Shown: positions 53,247 through 64,000 of the stretch, piece after piece
Layout of the letters: every line of letters starts with the position of its first letter
Numbering within the stretch: position 1 is the first letter of the stretch
Assembly: GCA_951406725.2 (NCBI GenBank)
Contig: OX597817.1
Coordinates: forward strand, 88,102,001-88,166,000
Length of the DNA: 64,000 nucleotides
Direction of reading: 5' to 3'
Origin: Octopus vulgaris
Lineage: Eukaryota
Notes under the pieces: model-generated
What the model was told of the DNA's origin: nothing
What the model saw: the letters and a program-made list of their open reading frames with translations, nothing else
Database searches by the model: none
Translations under genes and position numbers: made by a program

Positions 53247-56200
53247 GCTTCTTTCAGCTTCTGTCTACCAAATCCACTCACAAGGCTTTGGTTGGCCCGC
53301 CCAGTGAGACTGAACCTGAAATCAAGTGGTTGGGAAGCAAGCTTCTTACCACACAGACATGCCTGTGCCTTTATGTTATTAATTATCTTGAGAGTTAATA
53401 AATCTATTTACTTCATAAACCTTAAATAACAGTGAAACTATCAAAAATAAATTATCCAAGAGAAGAAATATAATAATGAGCAGATGGTGTAGTACAAAGA
53501 ATAAGATGAAGTTAAAATAAGCTTCTAAAAGAAAGGTATCAAAGATAAAAGCTATCAATGAAACTAATTTGTGTGCTTTCTTAAAGACCACCAACATTTA
53601 ACCCTTTAGTGTTTAAACTAGCTATATCTGGCCCAAATATTCAACCTGTATTATGTTCATGCTAGCCAGATCTGGCCTCTCACGCCTATCCTACAATGTC
53701 ATTCTAAAAACAAACAACCATATTATTGAGATCTCAAAGCTACAATTACAATGCATGATTAAATGAAAACAATGTGAATAAATAATATTACTTTTGACAG
53801 AGTAATCTGAATGCCAAAGGGCTGGGATACAAATACAATCCTGATTTAGAGAATGGTGATTATCAGTCACCACCACAATCACCCAGGCAGTGGTGGCAGT
53901 GAGTGCCACTCATTTAATATCCACTTCATCATGCTTGCATGGATCAGACAAAATACAGCAACTTTATTTACTAATGGTTTTTTTTTTCCTTAATTTTGAC
54001 CAGAGACTTGGCTTTGAAGTTTACATTTTAGCAATATTACAAAAACAAATTATAATGTTAATGCTTTTGTTACCATATTTTTACTGCCATACACTGCTTT
54101 TGTTTCAATTAAGTTTGAAGAATAGTGAAGAATATAGTAAAATAACTTTGTCATGAGAAAGCTGGTATTTGGTTATTGTATTGTGAAGTCAGGGATTAGA
54201 CATATTTAATCTAACTGAACTACAGAGTCAGAGTTTAATGTTGAAACTAAGATAAATGTTTTATCGCAAATACAGTAAACCCTTTTTATATCAAATGTAA
54301 AAAAAATTAATTTACTTCTTGGATTTAAAATGTGCATTTCCTGATGAATTGTGTCTTGTAGGTAAGACTAAACTTGGAATACCTGCAATAGATAAAAATT
54401 AATGTATGACATCAGACATATCAAAACAAATTTTAAAATTCATGAGACCAGTGCTAACTTCCTTAATTTTTAGCATTGAATAGAAAATAAAATACAATTT
54501 ACTTTGTCAAAAAGTAAACCTATGAAGTAAAGTGTTTCAAGTTTGTTATTTTGATGAGTGTTTGAAGATTAATTGAATGTGTCACTAACACAAATGTAAA
54601 CACACTAACACCAATTGTAGAGCAGTGGTGGGGACAAATATAGACACACACACAGTTATCTCTCTCTATATAAAATTCTTTGTCTGTCTGTCTGTTCCCT
54701 ATGCATTCTCAAACAGCTAAATCAAATCAAATTTTATAAGGTAATAGTATCAGACCCCATGAGTGTCGACATGTAATTTTTTTCATTTGGATTAAAACAA
54801 TATAACACTGGCATTGGTTAGGTATTACATGTCAAAAGTGAAAGAAAAACATCTATAGCATAATCTCTATAGGTATAAAATTCTTTGTCTCTCTGTTTCC
54901 AATGCATTCTCAAACGGCTCAACCAAATCAAATCAAATTTTACAAGGTAATAGTATCAGACTCTGTGAGTGTAACATGTCATTTTTTTTCATTTGGATTA
55001 AAACAATATAACATTGGCACTGGTTTGGTATTACGTATCAAAAGCAAAAGAATAACATTTATATTGTAACATGATATAATAGTTTCACTTTTAATTAAGA
55101 TCATCTTATTTTTATCAGATTCTTTCTTCACAACTCCTGAAACTGCTTTCAGATATGAGCCATCCCATTCTTATAAAAATGATAATTTTGTCCAAATTGG
55201 TGTGCTAAACTCAAATTGTCATTTCTGCAAAGCTTTACAATTTCCAAATGAAATTAATGGCATGTGCTGCTCAGGCAGTAAGGTAACCTCTTATGGATCT
55301 TCTGGAAGGCACTTCCATTCACTCAAAGAATTTTCTGAACAATATCAGACAATACAACTCTACATTTCAAATGACACTGTTTGGTTTATCTAAGAAGATA
55401 GTTGAATATGGATTTACACCGACATTTAAAGTTCAAAGGCAAGTCTATCACCTCACCTCACAAATGAACAACCAGTTCCTCTAAATTTACTTTGAGTGAT
55501 GTACAACAACAAACCTGAAGGAGTTGTCAAAACTTCGAACAATGGCTTGTGTTAGATGCAGTGCTGACTGCCACAAAGGAGAGTATATCCACTGACAGCT
55601 TTTCATTGTGTTCAAAAATCACACACCCCTCATCCCCAATTTTCCATGACAGGTTAGGGCTTGGAATACTCCAAATGGATGTATAGCATATTGCTTAGTC
55701 GAATTAGCCCATCATTTACTCCACAAATGTTTTGTTGCCAATGCCGCACTTTCCCATATCACCTGTTTCAACATATCTGTAATATATATATATACAAACT
55801 ATACCATTTTAATTTTGAGCAACGCCAGGTATCTCTGCTAGTATGTATATATGTGTGTGTATATATACACACACAGTTTCCGTCTACTAATTCCATTCAC
55901 AGTGCTTTGGTCAGCCTGAGGCTATAGAAGAAGACACTTGCCCAAGATGCCCTGCAATGGGACTGAATCTGCCTAAAAACATATCAAAAGGTCAGTCTAT
56001 CGAAGTATAAATACAACGATGTGGCTATAAAACAGAGAAACAAGAAATTACATAAAACGTCGATCCTTGAAACACAAGTTTAAATCTAAAAAATAAATCT
56101 AAAAATATTGCAAAATTCGAATTCATTTTCCCACGTTTTCCCTTGTTAAACAATCTGTTACTTTATCGAAGTAATAACTAGTTCCATTATTACGAGGTTC

Positions 56201-57267
56201 GCGGCTAATACTGTCTCACATGCTCTGGATTATATCGTAGCTAAAACAGCGCCTAGCTCATCACGGTTCCTTCTTTGTCGACCGGTATACTTTTCAGCGA
56301 TGAGTGTACGCTCATCAAGTTGCCCTAAGCTACGATCTCTACTTGTGTGAACCACAAATACCACTCTAGAGTTACCGACGGTGAGTTTTAAAAGGAGCTT
56401 CGATGTTGCCGGTTCCCATCACAACTGGAGACTGTTGGCCTCGAACGCAACGACGACAGGCGCCCAAATGGGATAAAGCTTTTTACCCGTGCCAGAGTAC
56501 AAGTCGCTCACTTGGGACGTCACATGTGACATATTCTACAATGCCCACCTGGTGGCTTTGGACATCATCTCGGGAGCTACTCATTAATGAGAAGATTCTT
56601 TTTAAGCTCTTAAGAGCACATATACAGTCAGTCTTTGAACAGTATCTCTCCTCCTCCAAAATAGGATGGAGGTGTGACGTCTTACAGAAGAAACCAGTGA
56701 AGTGGAGTAAAACAATACAATGGGCATCGGCTGACAGTTCTTCACGATAACACTTTTACTATCTTATTCACGGGATGTAGATGAAGGAAATTGTTTAGGA
56801 GGGGAGATTGTTGTTTACATGGATAAGTTGACTTTGTGGGCAATATAAAGATCCTCACCCGGGAACAAAAAAAACCCAGCCAGGGTGATGTTAACAAGTG
56901 TGTGGAAAACGAATATAAAAAAAAAAAATGCGTGCTGACTACCCTGGTGGCTGGATGGGACTTTCGGAAAATTCACAAGATCCGATTTTTAGGTCATAAA
57001 TTCGGGTAAAATGGATATATATTGATTTTTCTTTTTTAAGGAATCCCACGTTTTTTGTTATGGAGGATCGAAGAAATAACATGCTGAAGGTCACATCTAC
57101 AGAACAATAATAATTGACATTTCTCAAGAAAAATAACTTCCGATAAAAATTACGAAAATAGTTCTATAGCGAATGAAATGAATTAGTTAAATGATGTAAA
57201 GTAAATACAAACCGCTTATTTTAGGACGTTGTAAAACAGAAATTATACATTTTGAGACCAGCGTCAT
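44753..57267 (-). CDS. MRPL42: Mitochondrial ribosomal protein L42 (mL42), spliced CDS complement join(57213-57267,54316-54382,51956-52040,50525-50557,48935-49056,44753-44807), 138 aa
   Basis: Exons join in frame with GT-AG sites to give MTLVSKCIISVLQRPKISGIPSLVLPTRHNSSG...TFVCWHPEIPFPYEYSKPLPR...ELANIFFTTKHRWFPKPEKRYKKPNEPKDRERL*. VCxHP..PYE..KP, FFTTKHRWxP and PKDR are mL42 hallmarks, and the basic N-terminus fits a mitochondrial presequence. Confidence 0.92.
45590..46585 (+). mobile_element. Mariner transposase pseudogene
   Basis: VTGDEK-like, HPEKVMLSI.RDWKGVVFY, FHHNNAKQH, WEVLLHPP; frameshifted. Confidence 0.9.
46638..46790. mobile_element. Penelope-like pseudo-LTR fragment (inverted piece plus direct piece) between (TA)n tracts
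   Basis: 46638-46715 is the inverse of the segment that follows the hammerhead-like motif in the 945-1064 copy. Confidence 0.55.
46717..46763 (+). ncRNA. Type I hammerhead-ribozyme-like motif (U4C core)
   Basis: CTGT-CCGACGA-ATG(GGAA)CGT-GAA-ACT(CCG)AGT-A-ACAG; three stems fold by eye. Confidence 0.55.
48661..48892 (+). mobile_element. Young SINE family A with 20-bp TSD in MRPL42 last intron
   Basis: agaaatctatagtaaactca at 48641-48660 and 48893-48912. Confidence 0.93.
48935..49056 (-). CDS. MRPL42: MRPL42 exon 5 (AESPMK...FFTTKHRWFP)
   Basis: ctatcag|GCT...AA|gtaagt. Confidence 0.95.
50525..50557 (-). CDS. MRPL42: MRPL42 exon 4 (PLPRKLPEIQE), 33 nt
   Basis: ctttatag|CCA...GAG|gtttgt; supplies the expected KP.PR continuation. 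Confidence 0.85.
50830..51085 (-). mobile_element. Possible piggyBac-like transposase remnant
   Basis: Frameshifted minus translation IEYFLQLFS...EVVVYL...MQLPSYSDHW resembles the PGBD LPSY..YW block. Confidence 0.4.
51956..52040 (-). CDS. MRPL42: MRPL42 exon 3 (NVLVGTTDDNMTFVCWHPEIPFPYEYSK)
   Basis: ttacag|A...AAG|gtgggg; conserved VCxHP/PYE motif. Confidence 0.93.
54316..54382 (-). CDS. MRPL42: MRPL42 exon 2 (GIPSLVLPTRHNSSGNAHFKSK)
   Basis: ttgcag|GT...AA|gtaaat; phase 1 to phase 2, compatible with both neighbours. Confidence 0.75.
54659..55841 (+). mobile_element. Helitron with Rep/Hel N-terminal remnant and duplicated 5' end
   Basis: A|TC...CAACGCCAGGTATCTCTGCTAG|T; CHFCKAL..NE..GMCCSG, FLNNIRQYNSTFQMT, PTFKVQRQVYH. 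Confidence 0.85.
57213..57267 (-). CDS. MRPL42: MRPL42 exon 1 (MTLVSKCIISVLQRPKIS)
   Basis: aaaATG...AGC G|gtttgt; phase 1 fits the next exon; presequence-like composition, no homology anchor. Confidence 0.7.
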
Positions 57268-57625
57268 TTTCTTAACTACAAAATCGGTGTTGCAGGAAGC
57301 GGTGTTATGGAACAAAGTGTTCCCTTTAATTTTCACCGACATAATTGAAAAAAATAGTTAATAAATTTCGTTTTTGGATTTGGTTTGCAAGATTCTTTAT
57401 GTGAGTTCGCGTATTGAAGCATATACTGTTGTGTCGGGGGAGAGTCATTCTCTTTTAGTGCCTTATAATTTAACACACACACCGGTAAAATTTTCACTCT
57501 TTTCCTTCTTATTTTTCTAAAATTTTATTTGCGTCTTGCAACCTTTTCAATAGTTTTGACTCTAAACTGCCATCCCTAAATATTTAAAAACTCCTTTATT
57601 AATTGACTCTGACATTTCAACAGTT

Positions 57626-57817
57626 ACATACATGCATGCATGCATACATACATACATACATACATACATACATACATACATACATGCATAGACACATACA
57701 CACATACATACACACATACACACACACACACGCACACATACATACATACATACATACATACATACATACATACATACATACATACATACATACATACATA
57801 CATACATACATACATAC
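57626..57817. repeat. (TACA)n/(CA)n microsatellite upstream of MRPL42
   Basis: Directly visible. Confidence 0.97.
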
Positions 57818-58094
57818 AAAGGATCTTTTCGGTTTGAACGGCAGTTTTTAACATAATTTCTTGGTAACTAAAAAATTTTAAACTTCGTATACTGGTAGAA
57901 TGTGTTTATAAAACATCATTTACTCTTGGCTTTCTTGAGAAAATTCTGTAGTTTGTAACATATTTCGTCTTTAATTTCTTGCATTTCGGCAATTTTAACC
58001 AATCAATGTTGTTGATGTTGAAATTCCAATAAAGTAGCCTTGGATCTAGGTTAGAAACCGGTTCTTATACCAACATTTGGACTGCTTGATTGGA

Positions 58095-59265
58095 CGTTTG
58101 GTAAAATCCGAGTCATTGATGGGAAAACCTGAAAAATACTAACAAGCATACATAATTTCCACATAAACGGTGACATAGCCCGCCCCTACCTAAAACGAAA
58201 ATAAGGCAGAAGAGGCTTAACATCGATCCAAAATGCCTTTGAATGTCGCATCATATCCCTTCGGCAACACCTTTTAACCACCAAGTGTCGAATTGCATCC
58301 CTTGGCCAAGTTTGCATACATGAAGCTGATAACATCACAAGACTTGGAAGGCAGCTCCTTGAGCAACACTCTTTGTCTGATAACCTAGAATACATGCCCA
58401 AAGAAGTCGCACGACTCTACCGCAACGTATCATCAGATGAAAGGACGAGCCTATATGAGCAGAAGTCTATGCATGGATATGTTAGTAGAAAGCTCCGTGA
58501 TGATAGTAACATCGACCATCAAAGCAGTTTATCATGGACCAATAGCCGGATTACTACCTCCCACTTTGAAGGCTATGCGTTTGCAATCCAGGAACAGAAA
58601 ATATCAACCAAGTACTTGATGCACAAAAGGGATAGAGATGCAGGTAAAACCGTAAAGTGTAACAACCGATGCAGACTTAGTGGAATTCACACTGAAGATA
58701 TCACCCACATCATAAGCAGTTATCCGAAAATGTCATCGCGGTATTATCTACCGATGAGACATGGCGTTGTAGCTAGGACACTCTATAATGAAATCAGTCG
58801 GAAGGATAATCCCGAGGACAAAGAAATAAGAACCCACAGTATGGTAGAAGCCATAGCCACTCATAATAAGAAGAAATACTGGTGGAATGTACCAGTGAAG
58901 ACCAAGACCTCAATAAAATGTCATCACAACAGACCTGATATTATGATTTAGGATAGAGAAGAGAAACTGTGCACAGTTGTGGGAATTAGCTGCCCAGCGG
59001 ATTTTAACATAAAGATGAAGATCAGTGAAAAAGAGAACTATTGAGAAATCTGCAGTTACTCTAACCAGATTACAAGTTCGTTTTATACCTTTAATTATTG
59101 GAGTCCTAGGATATATAACACTGCCTAAATACCAATATTGAGAAATTAGGCTTCTCAAAACCAGAAAAGAGAAAGCTAATTCGAAGACTACAGATCCGAT
59201 CCATCACTGGGACTGTAAAAGTCTGTGAAACTTTCCAGAAGTTTATCATTTAGATATATATGAGC
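58095..59265 (+). mobile_element. 5'-truncated R4/Dong-like non-LTR retrotransposon (zinc knuckle and restriction-like endonuclease)
   Basis: FAIQEQ, CRL...EDITHIIS, Y..RH.VVA, HNRPDI; stops and frameshifts. Confidence 0.85.
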
Positions 59266-59489
59266 ACATCATTTGCATCACTTTTTTTTTCTTCATTTAC
59301 CCATTTTTAATTATCCATTTGAGAGCACAGCTGTCCACTTCATAATCATTTCCATGCTTTTCTTCTTAAAGACTCTAAATATGCATTGTAAAACAAAAAA
59401 AAGTTTTAGGTCCTGTCACCTCTTTTGACTTCGTTAAATATTGAAATCTTATCAGGAAATAGCGATAAATAAAACCCTCACAGCAGGTT

Positions 59490-59760
59490 CAGTCGAAACC
59501 CTCCCACATCCTGGATGCTGAGGTAAATAAGAGTGTCACAGCTTCCGTAGCCGAACAGAACAAATTGAGACATTCAGAGAGGCTGGGCCACTAACGGCGA
59601 AGGTTTTCTCATCGTTGGCGGCTCGCCTTACCGAAGTGTCAGTCGATGCCTATTAGGGTGCTTAGCAGTTCCAACGCCTCAGCCTCGCCATCGTCCGTGG
59701 TAATGTTGCGAGTGTGTTGGCTTGCTTCAGTAGGCTCTGTTAAATCATGTGGTGAGCGAC
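59490..59760 (+). mobile_element. CRE-clade-like non-LTR retrotransposon C-terminal remnant
   Basis: ASVAEQNKL...FQRLSLAIVRGNVASVL resembles the QRLS.A..RGNA terminus of CRE-like RLE elements. Confidence 0.65.
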
Positions 59761-60087
59761 CAATTGAGGCACTTAATGTTGAAGCGATGAATTTTTCCTT
59801 TTTTCTCTTTTTCCTTTTTTTTTTTTTTGCAGTAGAGGGATGTGAATGGTAAAATTATAACCGGGGTAAAATGAGTAGCTTCTGATTTCTCGTTACTTTT
59901 TCCCTATCTGTTTGAAAACATTATATTGAAAGTATTGCATCATCATTTTTTACTCTTGCATCATTTTTATAACTAAAAATTGGTCGGCATTGTTGTTGTT
60001 GAAGTTGAAAGAGTTTGGAACATAGGTGACAGGTATTTTTTTTTTTCAAGCAAGTTTTCCACAACTTTGTCTCGATTGTAACTGAGA

Positions 60088-60454
60088 TCTCTATATATAA
60101 ATGGCAAAATGTCTGTGTGTGCGTGTCCTTTATACAAATCCACAATTTTTCAGTTAGAGGGCTCGCACTTTCTATGGTCATTCAAAACCGTCCAAGGGTG
60201 GTCGCGCACATCTTTACATTTCCCCAGTCACACCGCAAAGCCATTAAAAAATCAATAGAAGTGACTTTTTTTTTGTGAATTTTCTATCCAAAACCCAATC
60301 AAAATGCCCGAAACTTGATACGCCAATTGAATGCCAGCTAGCTGTATGTGATTGGTCGGAGATTTGGACAGTACGCGCGTGTATGTGCGCACGCACGCAG
60401 CTGTATATGCATGCACTAGCACTATGACCCGGCGTTGCCGAGTCATAGTGCTAG
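60088..60454 (+). mobile_element. Short non-autonomous Helitron with palindromic 3' end
   Basis: A|TCTCTATATATAAA...GCTAG|T. Confidence 0.75.
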
Positions 60455-60514
60455 TTACTAATAAAATATCTAGATAAATCAACATTCTTTTCTCCGTTGA
60501 TAATTTTCAATTTT

Positions 60515-60547
<33 letters not shown>

Positions 60548-61440
60548 AAAAATTCTAAGAGGGAGTAAAATGAGTAATAACGAATTTCACTAATTTCTTC
60601 TCTAACTGCATGAATCGTAAATATACCGAGAAGAGAGCCACCCCAGGAGATCGTGAAGAAGCTATACAGAATACTTTATGTTGAGTTTTTGATTTAGTCG
60701 AATTTCATATCATGTACCATTTTCCATGATCCTCTTTTATTTGAGCTAGATATCTAAAATTTTTGTCGCCTTTCTGATCTTTCTGATGTCGAAGGATGGT
60801 TATTGATGCGTATGAATCTATTTTCAAATATAATTCTGGAGAATTGGAGAGGCAAATTTACCTTATCTTAGCTTACTCATTTTGTCCCGGCTAAAGTTAT
60901 CTTTTTTATGTTCAAACAGAACGTTGATAATTTTCTTAAATATAGTGTTCAGCTTATGTTATGCTTTTAAAGCATTTAGAGAAGGTCATTTGCTTAGCTG
61001 ATATAGTTTTTGTAATGTTGTGAACGTTTGTAAAAGATTTTTTTTCTCGAAGTCAAGAATGCAGTAAAAACTCCCCATTGCGCTCCCTCTCTACTATTCT
61101 ACTACTTAACGATGGCCAGAAGCATGAAGATTTCTCGTTCTTTAATACAATTTGGAGAAATTTCCTTAATTAATGATATTGGATAATGTAATTCATCTGT
61201 GTCTGAAAAAGATAGGATATTCACAGCTTCAACGGTATTGATTAACCTACTCGATCGGGGTTGATGTAGGATTAGGCGATAGAAATCAGTTATGATAATA
61301 GCTGTAATTGGTATAAAAACATCACCGATTAATAATAACATTTAATGTTGGTGACATGAATCATCTAAAAATAAAGGAAAAATGAAACTGAATTTTAAAA
61401 AAATACAAAAAAGTCTCCTCCCTCCAAAACATAATGTGCC

Positions 61441-61513
61441 TGGAGAATCCGGGCATCGATCCCGGTACCTCTCGCATGCTAAGCGAGCGCTCTACCATCT
61501 GAGCTAATTCCCC
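61441..61513 (-). tRNA. tRNA-Ala (anticodon AGC)
   Basis: Minus strand reads GGGGAATTAGCTCAGATGGTAGAGCGCTCGCTTAGCATGCGAGAGGTACCGGGATCGATGCCCGGATTCTCCA: 73 nt, full cloverleaf, G3:U70 Ala identity pair, TTTT Pol III terminator ~12 nt downstream. Confidence 0.96.
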
Positions 61514-62480
61514 TTCCACAGAAAATAGCGAGAATTTATAATATAAATAATTTTTAATGTCTAACTCTTAAGTAGATAATTATTGGGTAGTTACTATAGA
61601 GGAAATTGTAATAAAAAGTTCTTTTGAATTACACAGAAACCAGAGAAGATAAAAATAGTAAAAAAGAGCATATTCTACTGATATCTTTCTCTCTTCTTTA
61701 TGCGCTTGTGTGTCACTGTTTACTACTTTAATGTCAGACGCTACAATGGCGATCCTATTGTTATGTGTCCTATATAAATATAAAGTATTATATCATAAAT
61801 ATCTTTTCATTTATACTTTCTTCCAGTTTTTTTCTTTTCTTGTGTTTCAATTGAATTATTGCGCGTCATTTTATGCTGTAAAATATGACTAAAGAGGGAA
61901 AGTACATATAGTCGTCCAATTGTTAATTTAGTATATTTCTGAAATTAGTTTATTGGGAAAAGGAATATATTATACAAATTAATTAGAAAGAAAATGAGGG
62001 GAAAGACGGATAAAACAGTAAATAAACAATCAAAACAGGGTATGCGCACCCTCCTTAAATTATATAGATCGTGTCATGGGATACTGGCATTCCTTCGTTA
62101 TAAATTGTAAATAAAAAATTTCTCGAAGTAATTTTTTCCATCTGCAGACGTAAATAAAGGTGTCCGCTATCTCGACTGAAACCCATTCAAATAACTTACA
62201 AAGAGGATATTTGGCACCTTGCAATGTATTCTTTTCATTGTTTGAATGACTTCAAAGCGATTCTACTCTGGGCAAGCAAATTTCCAGTTTTGACAAACTT
62301 ATTCTGATAACTGACAATGTCAAAATAAAAACTTCTTTTTTTGATGTCACAAAGCTAAAAAAAAACAAAAAACAAAAATAAAAATGAAAAAGAATATAGT
62401 CGGAAAATGGAAATAGTAAGAAATATATAAATTTAATAGATACTTTAAACAAAGGATTGACGATATTATTATTATATATA

Positions 62481-62611
62481 CCGTATTTACTTGTGTATAT
62501 GTCTCACTCTTTTATATTTCATTTTAACTGAGAAAACTCGTGTTACATACACAGGACAATAAAAAATTTAACACTAAAATAGGAGTGTGACTTTCACATG
62601 AGTAAATACGA
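62481..62611. mobile_element. Small Tc1/pogo-type MITE
   Basis: TA|CCGTATTTACTTGTG...CACATGAGTAAATACGA|TA. Confidence 0.6.
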
Positions 62612-63150
62612 TATATTGCAGTTATTATTCACTATTTTTCAGCGAATCGATCACTGCTTCCACGTATTGCTGATGACAAGACATATAAGTCTTGAACTTA
62701 GTCCTTTGCTCTAAGAGCACAGACTTTACATTATTGTCTAGGATACACCACATCTAAGGATAGAGGCAATATGGCTGAATGGTCAAGAAGTTCGCTTTGC
62801 AACACCGTACTCCGGGTTCGATCATAGTTCGTGACATTTTGTACAAATGTCATTTTCTATAGCCCAATTTTACCTTGTGAGTAAAATTTAGTTGAAGAAG
62901 GTCGCCAGGTCTATTGTACCTGTAATTCGCAAAGGTACAGCCTAGTCACACTGATTCTATCTAAGAAGTTAAAAGTAAATGTGTCTGTGGAATACTCAGC
63001 CAGTTATATGTTAATTCAGGAGCAGATAATGCTTCAAGTGATTGAACGATAGAATTCGCACCGTCGAACGACAGAAATCCACCACGTGTGTATATATTTA
63101 TGTGTGTGTGTGTGTGTATATGTATATAAATGTTTCGGAAAAGGCTTTTT

Positions 63151-64000
63151 CTAGTCTGTCGACAGAGACAGTCTCTTTTTTTCCGTGAGTGACCACAGTG
63201 AACAGTTTCGGTGTGCTTTTAAGAACGCAATAGGGTGCAGTGTAGGGAGGTGTGAGCGGTCCCTTGTCGGCATCGTTTTACAAATAAGTCCAGGTAGAAA
63301 TATCCGGAGGTACTGCAGAGGAAATAGACTGTCACGAGGAAGCATTGGTATCAGGTCAGCAAAGAATGTCCTGAGTCGCGTGACGTAAGATGTGGGGTCC
63401 GCATTTTGTCCAGGAAGTACTAAGGTGGTGCCATACAGGGGCTCAGCGGAGGAGTAGCCTAAATCTTCCTTACCAGCTGAGCGGCACCCTAGCAGAACAA
63501 TGAGGAGAAACTCGGACCAACGATGAGGGTCAGGAGCCGTGCGAATAGTGGCTTTAAGCTGTCGGTGTAATCTTTCCACCATTCCGTTCACGACAGGATG
63601 GTAACTGGTAGTAATGATGTGCTGAACTCCGAGCAATCTCTAAAGCTTACGGAACAGACAAGCTTCAAATTGGCGTCCACGATCAGTAGTAATTCTAGAA
63701 GGTACTCCGAAGCGAGATATCCACCCAGAGATGAATGCTCTGGCGACTGTTTCCGCGGAGATGTCCACGCGAGGAATGGCTTCAGGCCATCTGAAGAAAC
63801 GGTCGATGCTGGTCAATATATAAGTAAATCCACAACTGACCGACCAAAGATCAACCAGGTCGAAGTGTATGCGACGGAACCAGGTGTCCAAGTGGTGCTC
63901 TCACGTGACGAATCACCTTGGAACGCTGACATGGTAGACAGGCACGTGACCAAGCAGTAATAGACCGTCGCATATATGGGCCGAGATAAGCTTTACCATG
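63151..64000 (-). mobile_element. Decayed Ty3/Gypsy integrase (rve), runs off the window end
   Basis: HFDLV...[12 protein letters not shown]...[16 protein letters not shown]...TTSYHP..NGMVERLHRQLK; frameshifted. Confidence 0.92.

Noticed and set aside
58373-58951. Longest ORF (192 aa) as a host gene
   Set aside because: It is a broken retrotransposon fragment with a mutated zinc knuckle and flanking stops
62763-62900. tRNA-like sequence
   Set aside because: It is a degenerate SINE head without a full cloverleaf

Overview
AT-rich, repeat-dense animal genomic DNA, probably a coleoid cephalopod such as Octopus (inferred from the SINE/RTE repertoire and microsatellite density). Two complete, convergent spliced genes were assembled by hand, largely missed by the ORF track: GAS8/DRC4 (+, 10 coding exons, 12539-38475, 484 aa, all introns phase 0) and MRPL42 (-, 6 coding exons, 57267-44753, 138 aa). 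There is also an intact tRNA-Ala(AGC) gene (-, 61441-61513). The remainder is decayed mobile DNA: Gypsy, R4/Dong-like, CRE-like, RTE and CR1-like retroelements, mariner, Helitrons, MITEs, tRNA-derived SINEs, a 58-bp minisatellite and a ~645-bp tandem duplication. The most unusual signal is a set of type I hammerhead-ribozyme-like motifs in Penelope-like terminal fragments, with non-canonical cores (U4C; compensatory G3-C8; degenerate U3-A8). These were folded by eye and are untested.
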